DNA from: Octopus vulgaris
Lineage: Eukaryota
DNA: 64,000 nucleotides
Reading direction: 5' to 3'
NCBI GenBank assembly: GCA_951406725.2
Contig: OX597824.1
Coordinates: forward strand, 5,146,001-5,210,000
The position numbers were made by a program, and so were the translations under genes. Within the stretch, counting starts at the first letter, position 1; every line of letters begins with the position of its first letter. The notes under the pieces are model-generated. The model saw only the letters and a program-made list of their open reading frames with translations. It made no database searches and was not told the origin of the DNA. Shown here in pieces: positions 41,753 to 54,785 of the stretch.

Positions 41753-43083
41753 TAATTCATCCTTGCTGCGATCTTTCTGATTATTTTTCTGTTTGGTGTT
41801 TATTTTCAGTGAATATCGTTGAAAATGTTTCTTGGAGATAAAACTTTTGGTAATCCTACTGATTCCAAGCAACAATACACCGGAGACAATTTCCAATTGC
41901 GTTTTTCTATATGAACGAAAGGGTTTGATCCCAGCACTCTGCGGGTGAGCATAAAACGTGTAGTAAGCGGTATCGTCCTATAGCACCTAAGACACAGCTA
42001 AGTTCACCGAGTCATTGAAAATGAACCTGTTTTGGTACTGTGATTGGATGCAAAATATCAATTCACTCGATTTGCCGTTAATGATAACACGTGGTTTGAT
42101 AAGAGTAATTAGAAATCATAAGATTTTAAGTCTCAGTTCCACTGATCATAAATGTATGCTTTAAATCAATCTTCGTTAGTTGACAGCATACATAACAATC
42201 CTGTCTCCTTAAAACACTACCCGATTTCCTTACAACACGATCCTCCTATCGCTTTTTACAACACAATCCTGTCATCACAACCCACAGATCTCACGTTGAG
42301 GTCTTTATATAAAAACCTAGTCTTCTTGCAGCCAAATCTTCATCAAATCACACCATACTACCTCAAAGATCACTTCAATGAATGTAGTACTAGATGCATT
42401 ATACCCAAAAACAAATAAGACGAGAAGATCCCGACTGGAACGCCTTTGATTGTGGATCTGTTCAATGAAAACTGACCTGGGGAGAAATAATAACAACCAT
42501 CTTCTTACATCACAATCCTTGCCGCTGCCCTCATGATTATTAGAGCACAACCCTTAAAACCAATTTCCTTGCACGATATCCTTTCATTCCCAATACATCG
42601 TAACCATTAAAACGCACCCCTCTCTCCTTCACCACCCTCTCTTCTTCCTCCATCAACCCTCGTTCCTGCTCTTCATCGTCTGATTAAGCGATTTCAGTCT
42701 AGATCTCTAGATTATGCAGAAAACCGATATTAGAATGGATTTACCAACCTCATTCTAATATCCAATAATACTGATAACATAATTGATTTATCTAAGGAAT
42801 GTGCTGAGAAATCTCTGCAATAATTCACTTTATAATTAATCATATTTTATATAATCTCCAAGTTATATAATTAACAGTTTTATAACAAGTGATCTCTATC
42901 GGCGGATGTTCAAACCTATCAACTCAATGCAAGTTTGGAAGTATCTTCATGTTAGCACTCCGTAGCATTCATGCTTACAAAAAATGCATGCTTGCCACAA
43001 ATTCTAATTTCTCTGTAACATTTCTTCACAATAATTACGTATAACGAGTTGAGAAGCAATGTCGAGCTTCCACCTCCATGTTT

Positions 43084-43135
<52 letters not shown>

Positions 43136-43396
43136 AGAAAAGAGAGAGAGAGAATATGATGTCATAAGATTCAATTTTCGAAAACAACGGCAACATGAAT
43201 AAAGCTATTGTCAGGAATCGAAACCTTTTTGCGGACTTAAACGCCATTTCGGTTCTTGCATCGTAGGAATTAGTCGATAGAGTTGTACTGAATGGAATTG
43301 TACTGGATGGAGCAGTATTAGAACTGTGATTACTTAGAAAACTGGCTTTTTTACTAAGATAACTTGTATTACGGAAACATCTCTTACAACAGGAGA

Positions 43397-43786
43397 GGCG
43401 CAAGAATGGCTGTGTGGTAAGTAGCTTGCTTACCAGCAACATGGTTCTGGGTTCAGTTCCACTGCGTGGCACCTTGGGCAAGTGTCTTCAACTAGAGCCT
43501 CGAGCCGACCAAAGCCTTGTGAGTGGATTTGGTAAACGGAAACTGAAAAGAAGCCCGTCGTATATATGTATTTATATATATGTGTGTGTGTGTGTGTGTT
43601 TGTCCCCCCCTCCCCAACGATGCTGGTGTGTTTGTACGTGTAACTTAGCGGTTCGGCAAAAGAGACCGATAGAATAAGTACTAGGCTTACAAAGAATAAG
43701 TCCTGGGGTCGATTTGCTCGACTAAAGGCGGTGCTCCAGTATGGCCGCTGTCAAATGACTGAAACAAGCAAAGAGTAAAGTGAGTA
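43397..43786 (+). mobile_element. SINE family A
   Basis: Close match. Confidence 0.92.
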
Positions 43787-44559
43787 ACCCGACATTGCCT
43801 CTTTTCATCTCAATCCTGATCCTTTTCAATGCAACCCTGACTCTTTATATCATAACTGCCTTTTTCTTACATCATGATCTTACCTGAAACACTTACATCA
43901 CACCTTGTCTTCTTTTATCACAGACCTTGCATCACAGTTCCGTTTTTTTTTTTACATCACATCCCTGCATCCTTAAACCACAACTACATGTCTTCAAAAA
44001 ACTGGAATACGGAAAAAAATGTTTTACAACACACCTGTGTCTCCGTATATTATTGTGATATAAGTGTTGATCTGTACGGAGACAGGGTTCCAATGTTTTC
44101 TTACGACGCAACACGTATTCTTAGATCACATTTCTGATGCTTTTTCTCTTTATATCACAACCGCGTCTTCCTAAGATAAAATCTTACATCATAAAACGTT
44201 TAGATGACAATTCAGTTTCCTCACATCCCACTCTTGACTTCCTACGGCACAGCCCACATCGTCTTACCTCACCGTCGTTCCCTCGATCGTAAACAATAGA
44301 AGCCTTTCATCACAACCCACGCTTCTTACAATAGTCTTGACATAAAGAATCCTGTCTCTTTGCAGCCAAAATCTCATAACACGCTAAAGAAAGTTAAAAA
44401 CAAAAGGAAGAACTCTTCATTAAAAGTAAGCGCTGAATACGTTTTTTGATTGTCTGTCTTTTTGATTAGGACTGATTTCGGGTTAAAACAATTATCTTCT
44501 CACAATACAACGCTTACAATGGTTCTGGGTGAATTCGTCTACAACAATTTATCTATGTC

Positions 44560-44562
44560 TGG

Positions 44563-44612
<50 letters not shown>

Positions 44613-45170
44613 GTGCGTGCGTGTGTGTATGTGGTGAATGTATGTGTGTGTGATTGTATGTATGTGTGTGGTTGTATGTGTGTGTGTGTGTGTTTGTGGT
44701 TGCATGTGTGTGTGGTTGTATGTATGTGTGTGTGTTTGTGGTTGTATGTGTGTGTGGTTGTATGTATGTGTGTGTGTGTGTGGTTGTATGTGTGTGAGTG
44801 TGTCTGTGTGGTTATATGTATGCGTGCGTGGTTATATGTATTTGAGTGTGGTTGTATGTGTGTGTTTGTGGTTGTATGTGTGTATGGTTGTATGTATGTA
44901 TGTGTGTGTGGTTGTATGTGTGTGAGTGTGTCTGTGTGGTTATATGTATGCGTGCGTGGTTACATGTATTTGAGTGTGGTTGCATGTGTGTGTGTGTGTG
45001 TGGTTGTATGCATGTGCTTGTATGTGGTTGTATGTGTGTGCGTGGTTGTCTGTATGTGTGCGTGCGTGGTTGTATGTGTGTGAGTGTGCGCATGTGGTTA
45101 TATGTATGTGTGTGTGGTTGCATGTACGTGTATGTGTGTGTGTATGTGTGTACGTGTGTGTGTGGTTGTA
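44560..45170. repeat. (TG)n-GGTTGTA compound satellite with a higher-order duplication
   Basis: GTGGTTGTAT punctuates the TG runs. The block at about 44775-44855 repeats at about 44900-44980. Confidence 0.9.
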
Positions 45171-45798
45171 GATGAATTGTATCCATAGACAATTTTGCTG
45201 TAGATGAATCGTTGTAGGGAAATTCGCCGGATGCCATCTTATATAACCAACCCAGGACCCTCACAGCACAATCCTAACGGGTACCACCCGTTTGCACAGA
45301 CCACATCTTTTGCACGACAATACCTTACACGTTCACCATTAAAACACACCCCTATCTCCGTGAACACAGCTTTTGTTTCCTTCCATCAGCCCAATGGCGT
45401 TGTTCTTCATCGTCTGGTTAAGCCATTAAAAACAAAAAAAAATCACCAAAAAGACACATTTTCGATGCAACAATCCATTTTCACCACGTTTTATGAATTT
45501 TTTATTCAGTTAAACAGTTCAAGGGATCAAAGAGGGGGAAAAAGACACAGGAAGCAACAACAACAACAACAACAATAACTAGAATAATGACAAAAACATC
45601 AACAAAAGCTACAATTGCTACCACTTGTTGTTGTTGTTGTTGTTGTTGTTCTTCTTCTTCTTCTTCTTCTTCTTCTTCTTCTTCTTCCTCCTCTTCTTCG
45701 TTTTCTTCTTCTTCTACTGCTGTTTACTATCAAAAATTCATTAAATTACCGTCGGCTAAATTGAATCATGAAAGTTTTATTGCGTTAACGATGAAAAG

Positions 45799-45854
<56 letters not shown>

Positions 45855-45896
45855 GAGTGAGTGAAATAGAATTGTGTGTGTGTGTGTGTGTGTGTA

Positions 45897-45934
<38 letters not shown>

Positions 45935-46033
45935 GTGGAAGTAATAGAGAGATAGGATGGGGGAGAAAAGAGAGACCGTGATTATGTTTGCTTGTACGAA
46001 ATTGGGAGTATAATAATAATAATAATAATAATG

Positions 46034-46071
<38 letters not shown>

Positions 46072-46075
46072 TATA

Positions 46076-46110
<35 letters not shown>

Positions 46111-46993
46111 CCAATAATCTTCATTGCATTGCGTGTTTTCACTGAACAACTGATTCAGCTCTGAGTGTTTTGAGTGTGTGCAGTATTTCGAAATGATTTT
46201 GTTGTTTTTACGGTAAGGAAAGTGCTGAAAGTGACAACAAATATGCCGTTCCTGACAGTGCCAGTATCTGTATGTTGTGCATATTTGTTCGTCCTGGGGC
46301 TTTTGTTATGTATTTATATGATTGTTTTTCTATCACTCTCAAAGCTTATGTTATTATAAGTATTGTTTCTGTGGGAGTAGCCATTGGGGGAAATTCTCTT
46401 CTTAGACATATGTCAAAACACATTTTGGGCTGTGAACGAAGTCACTGGATTGAAGACTGCGCCTTTTCCCTTCGTCAGTTACGTATTCTCACATCCGAAT
46501 AAACACGAACGTGTTAAATGGGACTTAACACAAGTTTATTCAACACTGCTTCATGTGGCATTATTTAATTCTGGTTTGAATAAGCTTTATGCACAATTAG
46601 CATACGTACTGTATTCTATTTTTGTAAGAATGGTTTCGTTCTTGTCAGACTGTGAATGACGGATTTGGTTTTCGTAACTGACAAAGCTAAAAGACACAGT
46701 AGCATACGCATGTATCCTACGATCCAATTACATCATTCACAGCCCAAGGCTGGAAATTTCTTCTCGGGACTAGTTCTGCAGCGAAAGGTCTTCATACATC
46801 CGAATGCACTTGAGCGTGGTAAATATCACTTCACGCGAATATATATTTTACTTTACTTTGTGTAATATTATTAATTCAATAATCTAGGGTCTTTCACCTT
46901 GCAAAGGGTATGATATATCTATCTATTGGGGTCAATGAAGTTTGTAACAAAATAATTACTGTCGAATAATGATGTCTTATGGTGTTAAAGAAT

Positions 46994-47119
46994 CTTTTCT
47001 ATTCTAGGCACATGGCCCGAAATTTTTGGGGAGGGAACCAGTCGATTAGATCGACCCCAGTACTCAACTGGTACTTAACTTATCGACCCCGAAAGAATGA
47101 AAGGCAAAGTCGACTTCTT
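46994..47119 (-). mobile_element. 5'-truncated SINE family B variant with a perfect 14-bp TSD
   Basis: TGGTGTTAAAGAAT at 46980-46993 and 47120-47133. Confidence 0.88.
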
Positions 47120-47290
47120 TGGTGTTAAAGAATACAGCATTGTATCGTCATGTTGCTATCTTGCTTCTTCAAGCGTGGATATATCTTAATGTGTTTTTTC
47201 TTGGTGTCAGTCTGAGTGAATTTCATTTTAAGATACGAAATAAAAGAGACATTGGGGACATCTAGGCTGACCAATGTTAATCCTTATTTA

Positions 47291-47390
47291 NNNNNNNNNN
47301 NNNNNNNNNNNNNNNNNNNNNNNNNNNNNNNNNNNNNNNNNNNNNNNNNNNNNNNNNNNNNNNNNNNNNNNNNNNNNNNNNNNNNNNNNN
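47291..47390. other. assembly gap (100 N)
   Basis: Direct sequence. Confidence 1.
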
Positions 47391-47429
47391 GATCTTGACG
47401 TGAATTTGTCCGATTGTTAGCTCTCAGCC

Positions 47430-47770
47430 CAGTTTAACATATTAAGAGTGTGGGCGTGTCTATGTAAGTGAGGCAGACCTTAAAAGTCATAAGAGGAACC
47501 ACACACACATGTATACGCTCACGAACACACACACGTACACACACACAGTGAAGTTGTTAAATATGATTTATATCGAATCTGTACTTGCAGAGAGAATGAA
47601 AAAGAAGGTGCGTCAGGAGGCGGTCCGAAATGTCACGGGAGAGTTCAGCAAAGCTATGTTGCAACACCTTCTGCAAAAGGCGGCCATCGTTGCAACATCT
47701 GCACAACAGAATGTAAAACACATCCGTGCTTAAGTGACGGCATTTCTCGAAATAGAGTTGCAAGCTTCAG
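47430..47770 (+). mobile_element. decayed RTE-like 3' ends with C-terminal zinc-finger remnants
   Basis: [19 protein letters not shown] and [22 protein letters not shown]. Confidence 0.4.
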
Positions 47771-48042
47771 GTGTGTGTGTATGTATGAATGTACGTATGT
47801 ACGTACGTATGTATGTATGCATATATGCATGCATATTTGTATGTATGCATGCATGCATTCATGTACGTATGTATGTATACATGCATTCATGTATATATTT
47901 ATTTATGTATGTATGTATGTATATATGTATGTACATACGTATGTATGTATACATGCATCTTTGTATGTATGTATGTATGTATGTATGTATGTATGTGATA
48001 TATATATATATAATCCAAATAAGAAAATGGAGAAACAATTTT

Positions 48043-48084
<42 letters not shown>

Positions 48085-48100
48085 CATGTGTGTACGAACA

Positions 48101-48174
<74 letters not shown>

Positions 48175-48248
48175 CACTTAATCATGTCGAAGGGAAATGG
48201 AAATTAATAAAAATTTTCACTTCCAGTGGCCTAGCGTGTAAAACTTTA

Positions 48249-48307
<59 letters not shown>

Positions 48308-48309
48308 GT

Positions 48310-48536
48310 TCTTTTTTTGTTATTTGAATATTGCACATAAAGAGGAGTGTGCTTCTAACAAAGAAACGAACCTCCATCGCTGTAATTTAGATAAAAGCAA
48401 CGATGGAGAGTGCTGTGTTGAACTTAGAATTCCGCCCACAGATTTCGTTTGCAAAGTATGTAAGAACCGAGCATATTCTTTGCCCGAAACCTCATCTTTA
48501 TTAAGATTACCGTTTAGACAGTTAGTAACATAACCA

Positions 48537-48587
<51 letters not shown>

Positions 48588-50075
48588 GTTGTGTATAAGA
48601 AATGTAGGTTTTGAAGCAGTTGTCCTTTAATAATCTCTTTATCATTGATTTTGTAAGAGAAATTCACATTTGTAAGGAAGTTGACCTCTGCATATGAATT
48701 TTCTTTTCTGCCCGGCGCAACTATATCAGGCCTGTTATGTATGCATTTATGGTTTTAAAGGATTACAACATCGATATTCTGTGTGTTTAAATGTATGTAT
48801 AAACTCACCATTAGAGATATTTTCCTGTATGAATTCTTGTTTAGAAATAAAATCAAACTCTTTTCGAAAATAATATTAAATTCTACTTTCGGGCGACTGA
48901 TGATGATGTGTCATATCTTCTACAGAAATACGAAATAATTGACCTTTTCGGTTCCATCTTAAGGGTTTAAAGGCTTTGTAGTCACTTTTGTTAATTAAGT
49001 ATTTTGAAGCTATCTCCTGCTTTTGGATAGCGAAAACCATAATTCAAATGTAACAGTCAAGAGTTCAAGACATTGCACTTCTTATTAAAATCCTTTTCAG
49101 ATTTTAGGGCAACACATTTTTGCATAACAGTTGTTTTAGCATCTATATCTATTAAAGGCAGGATGTGTGCGTGTGTGTACGTAAATGTACTTTATGCACA
49201 TCCACAAATTAGCACGCATGTCGCTCCAATTTTAGGAGGACATTGGTCACGACCATGGCCGTGCTTTTGTCAACTTATTTTCCCCGAGGCCTCCCCAGAT
49301 AGCGGTAAAAATAGCTTTTCAACCATAACTTTTGCCAATTTTCACGTCGGTGAGTTCAGAAGTTTGTTAACATGAGTTAAGTCCCCTGTCTTATAGATTA
49401 ATTCACCCTACTACAATACCTCCGAAAAAAATTATATTTGGACTACCTAAGCGTAGGAAAAGAGAAAGAGCTGAAGAGAGTGAACCATTAGTGAAATATT
49501 ATTGAGGCTGAAGAGACTGAACCGCTAGTGAAATATAACTTTTTGGTCTGAAACCTGGCAATAAGAGCTTGCGGATATTCCGTTACAAAACATTCAATAA
49601 TATCGAAGCAGTAACTTTCATAAATCAGGGTATAATTTTTGAAGACACTTTCTGAACCCAGTCAACGACGGGTATTTCTGCTAGTAGAGAATAATCCACT
49701 TCTAGGTCTTTGTCATCAGAAGGTAATTACTTTCTTAAGAGTTGTCCTGAGCTCTGAGAGATAATCTTCTTTTTATTTGATTAACAATTGCTATCTCACA
49801 CGATGACTAAACTAATGTTAAGCATACTTCCAGGCTTTTCGTGAGAGTTACAGCTTGCCAAATTACTATTTCTGGGGAAGCTTCCACTTGATGTCTAAAA
49901 ATTTGTGTTTTTTTCTCTATGGATCAGTCATATGTTGTATTTTGCATTTTGGTATCAGAACTGGAAGTGAAATACACCATGAGATATTGATTTCTTGTAC
50001 GTACTTATGCCTTCCAGTGACATCCAGTGGTTATATGGTGGTATTAAATGGGACAATAGATAAAGGCTATCGACC
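48310..50075 (-). mobile_element. old R4/Dong-like RLE retrotransposon fragment, interrupted by (TA)n and a Helitron
   Basis: In order: [69 protein letters not shown]. (TACA)n lies at the 5' junction. Confidence 0.7.
49142..49684 (+). mobile_element. non-autonomous Helitron
   Basis: 5' end A|TCTATATCTATTAAAG. 3' hairpin CCCAGTC-AAC-GACGGG followed by TATTTCTG-CTAG|T. A-T target with no TSD. Confidence 0.8.
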
Positions 50076-50293
50076 AATACATACATACATACATACATAC
50101 ATACATACATACATACATACATACATACATACATACATACATTTTCTCATCTCTCTCTCTATATATATATACATATATATATACACACACACACACACAT
50201 ATATATACATATATGTATATATATACATATATATATATATAAATGTCTTTATCTTTTATCTTATCTATCTATCTATCAATATATGTATGTATG

Positions 50294-50404
<111 letters not shown>

Positions 50405-50828
50405 TTACACACAAGCAGTCACATTTTATTACACAAAAAAACATACTTTACCACTTAAAAAAAGTAAAAAGAAGTAAACCATGATATGAATTCTAGCTAT
50501 AAATTACAAGAATCTCTCAGTGATATATTCACTAATTAATTCAAATACATCTTTTAAAACGATAAATAGAATAATAAACAAAACAAACAGCAAGAAAACA
50601 AATTCCATTTTGAAAACACAAACCTACCTAAACATATAATTGCTGAAAGCAAAAATGTAGGACCGACAGAAACAACACTATCCACGCCATTATTTTATCT
50701 GCCATGTTTCAAATGACATTCATTATCACAGTTTTTATTGCGCTTAAATGTTGCAGGTCATGCTTACAAATACACATATACACATGCATAAATACATGTG
50801 TATAAAAATGTATACGTACCTACGTAAG

Positions 50829-50904
<76 letters not shown>

Positions 50905-51110
50905 TATATGCAATGTATATATGTCTGTGCTTCTTTGTGTATATGTTACATATAAAAATATAGATGTTTCCACCATAAATATTCATATGCATATAAATGT
51001 ACGTACATGCCTACATACATACATACACATATACATACATGCATCATTCTCACATACATACAAACATACACGCATACACACATACTTACATATATACCTA
51101 CCTACATACA

Positions 51111-51146
<36 letters not shown>

Positions 51147-51156
51147 TATATATGTA

Positions 51157-51205
<49 letters not shown>

Positions 51206-51427
51206 AAACATAAACATACATATAAGATCATGAATACAGTGACAATATAAGAAAAGCGATGAAGAATATTAATCGTAACAATAATGAAATAAGCATTTAA
51301 TATAAATTAATATATGCGTATATATAACATCCATAAAAAGGAAATATATGAATAAGGATATGTATTTTATACACATAAATTGCGTTTTTATATACACTTA
51401 AATATATATACTATAGGTCCATATACG

Positions 51428-51515
<88 letters not shown>

Positions 51516-52253
51516 TGTATATATATATATCACATATGTATATATATATGCACGTAGATTTTTAGATACACTCAAATATATACATAGACATACATACATA
51601 CATACATATATATATGTATATATATATATATATGCATATATATTCTCTCCAAAACCATAAACTCTCATACACATATCTTCGTAGACTCGAATATCTATAC
51701 GTAACAAACGTTCATACATATTTGCATATGCATATCCATATTTATAAACACATAAAAACAACAACAACAACTAAAAGCCTTCAAAAGACGCACAGATAAG
51801 TATTGATTGCTTTCTTTTCATATTTATCGCTTATTTCATTAATATTTATGAGATTCAACAATGAATATATTGCTATTCCATATCACACGCTGGGCTTAGA
51901 GCGGCGTTGGGCAATTTAGTATAAGCGTTCAATTTAAGGCCAGATCTCACGACTGCTGTATGCTCAAGAGATTTCTACAGTTAATAATGCGTCCGCCCCG
52001 ATATCATAGGTATAGCTTCAATGCCATATAAACTTATATGGAGTTTCGAATCATAGAATCATATGCCTTGTAAGTTGATATAATTGGGGAAATAAAGATT
52101 CTGAATTCAAGAAGGTTGACCCTGCAGAAAAGCTGGCAAATACAGTTAGAGATACAAGTTAGAAGTGATTGCGAATATTCTTAAAATAACATATACACAA
52201 AGAAATTTATACACACACACACACACACACATATATATACATATATATATATA

Positions 52254-52495
52254 CCGGAGTAAGCACATAAATGTGAAACAAGGTGGAAAAAGAGTACTCA
52301 AATATCAGAGGTAGAGTAATATGCTTTATTTAAAAGCAGCAGAAATATAACAAAAGCTGTCCGACGAACGGGAACGTGAAACTCTGAGTAACAGCTTTTG
52401 TTATAATTCTGCTGCTTTTAAATGAAGCATATTACTCTACCTCTGGTATTTGAGTACTCTTTTTCCACCTTGTTTCACATTTATGGGCTTACTCC

Positions 52496-52497
<2 letters not shown>
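52254..52497 (+). mobile_element. 244-bp foldback element in (TA)n with a hammerhead motif as its loop
   Basis: 107-bp arms with 4 mismatches. The loop is 52361-52390. Confidence 0.9.
52357..52394 (+). ncRNA. type I hammerhead ribozyme motif (U4C core variant)
   Basis: CTGT-CCGACGA-ACG(GGAA)CGT-GAA-ACTC-T-GAGT-A-ACAG, with cleavage triplet GUA. Confidence 0.7.
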
Positions 52498-52541
<44 letters not shown>

Positions 52542-52763
52542 AAAAAATTTTCAGAATGAGATAAAGAACCAACGCTCTGAAAAAATCTTTTATTTCATTC
52601 TGAGAAACATTTTTTATATATACGCATGCTGATATATGACCTACGCTGGATTCCTCATTTGCATAATCACCGAACCTGGAGCTTAACTATGGTCTATCCA
52701 TAGTACTTACTCAGCATTACCTGGACACCTTTGGGTCTTAATGACACCATTGCCTCTCATAAC

Positions 52764-52829
<66 letters not shown>

Positions 52830-53099
52830 ATAATATTAGGAAGTAAATCCAAACTTACAGGGAAAAATTAGATTTAGGATTAAATCTAATTTTATAGTAT
52901 AAATATATATATATATATATATTAAATTAGAGATAAAACCACTATTAGGCAAATCAAACAGTGAAAATCATAAACCAATACATAGAAATAAAATTAATTA
53001 ATAAAAATATATAAAATATAAAATTCAAAATTAAAATATTTAAATTAAAGTTAAAATTTAAAAAAATTATTTAAATTAATAATTTAAACTTATAGATTT

Positions 53100-53153
<54 letters not shown>

Positions 53154-53190
53154 ATTATTATTTTATTTATTTATTTACACACACACACAC

Positions 53191-53225
<35 letters not shown>

Positions 53226-53264
53226 TCGAATGTATGTATGTATATGTATTCATATATGCATATA

Positions 53265-53344
<80 letters not shown>

Positions 53345-53374
53345 GATATACGTTTATTAAATTTTACAATCTAA

Positions 53375-53441
<67 letters not shown>

Positions 53442-53828
53442 GCTTTTGTATGTATATATATAGTCTATAGGAACAGCATAGTTAGAATAAACATAGAGAC
53501 ATATAGAGACATGCGCTTTGCATTGCGAGTATTCACACAGTTTCCCCTTTGTCATCACTCTCATCTCAGAGATGCCGAGAAGCTTCTACTACCCAAGAAT
53601 GTCCGGATTATTTGGGTTTACGCTATAACGTACTTTTTGCCTCTGTTTTCCCTCATTTGTATTAGATAAACCAAAGGCATCTTAGGTTTAGATTGAAGGA
53701 TTATGTCTTTAGAAAACTGATCAAACCGAATCAGCCAACAATATATTGTTTGCAAAAATGATTCGAATTAAAATCTCATCAAGACGAAACAATAAACCTG
53801 CAAATTACACAACGTAATTAAGTCAACG

Positions 53829-53970
53829 AATGGCATTTATAAAACTCGATGTTAAAACATGGAATGTGGAACTGCCGTGTTTCAGGTTGTTACATCGGAC
53901 AATCTGCACAACACGTTCTCGTCGATTGACCATGCATTTACAGCAACTGATCATCGCAGTACATCACAAC
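53829..53970 (+). mobile_element. decayed Penelope-like GIY-YIG endonuclease fragment
   Basis: NGIYKTRC*...YIGQS, then a frameshift, then SRRLTMHLQQ. Confidence 0.6.
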
Positions 53971-54626
53971 ACAGAGCACGGAACAAAATTAAACAGAATA
54001 ACTTGAGCTGACAGCACAAATTTACTTTATGAAATTTCCCACTGAAAAAAAAAAACAAAAAAAACTCCACAAAAAACCCCGCAAAAAACAAAAACAAACA
54101 AAAGAGAAAAACAAAAATTCCAGAAAATAAAGCAGATTGGCTATGAAAGCTAAACGCAAATAAAAATACACCCCACCCCAAAACAGGTACAACGGGCGTA
54201 AAAAAAAAGAAAGAAGGAAAGAAAGAAACCAGAAGTTAATAAACATTTTTTTTTTATCAGATAACAATTATCTTAATCGTTAGAACATCATTCCCATGGT
54301 CTCATGCTACAATGTGGCAATAATAGGATGAAAACCACCATTTTCTTCTGAGGAAAATGGTGACTGAGAGGATTCCAATAGACTCAGGAACGTCTATGAT
54401 TCTACCTAAATGTAGAGGACCAAAGACAAAAGATCAAAAGAGTCTTTCATAATAAAACTAAGCTCACACCTGTGTCCTCAAAAGATGTTTGAAGCCGTCA
54501 CATACATGCAGTTATATATTCATCGCTGAGTGATATAGTTTATGAATTCCACAGGTAATGTACTGACTGCTATAAATCTTAGACAACTGAGGTCCCGCCT
54601 CTTGTTAGAGAATCGCCAGCTACAAT

Positions 54627-54678
<52 letters not shown>

Positions 54679-54748
54679 ACAATCGCCAGCTACAATATGT
54701 GACTTTTTTTCCCTCCGTCTTCCCTTCCTTGGATCTTTCCTTTACCTA

Positions 54749-54785
54749 TGTTTCTGACGAAGAGCTCCGCTTGAAACGTTAAATA
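54749..54785 (+). ncRNA. minimal type I hammerhead ribozyme motif in a short repeat (about 54700-54876) ending in (TA)n
   Basis: TGTTT-CTGACGA-A-GAGC(TCC)GCTT-GAAA-CG-TT-AAATA, with a canonical core and palindromic ACGT stem III. Confidence 0.65.

Noticed and set aside
41810-41944. Strong acceptor plus GTGAGC donor
   Set aside because: All three frames contain stops. At best a non-coding or pseudo-exon.
43150-43247. Signal-peptide-like MAFKSAKRFRFLTIALFMLPLFSKIES on the minus strand
   Set aside because: No splice donor follows. The frame runs into (TC)n and starts in a SINE.
47440-47502. C2H2 zinc-finger gene exon
   Set aside because: A single finger with an in-frame stop, no first Cys and no TGEKP linker. 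It fits an RTE C-terminal finger better.
49471-49540. Tandem CTGAAGA...GAAATAT double hammerhead inside the Helitron
   Set aside because: Stem I does not close properly, and the 37-bp repeat is better explained as AEES/AEET-EPLVKY coding repeats of a Helitron ORF remnant.
49700-50060. Penelope endonuclease-like DIKWKL reading on the minus strand
   Set aside because: Other frames give a better, colinear match to the R4/Dong RT thumb that continues across the Helitron.
52655-52725. Octamer ATTTGCAT, TCACCG and TACTTAC/TTACCTGG suggesting a U1-like snRNA gene
   Set aside because: The spacing is wrong, and no U1 body or Sm site follows.
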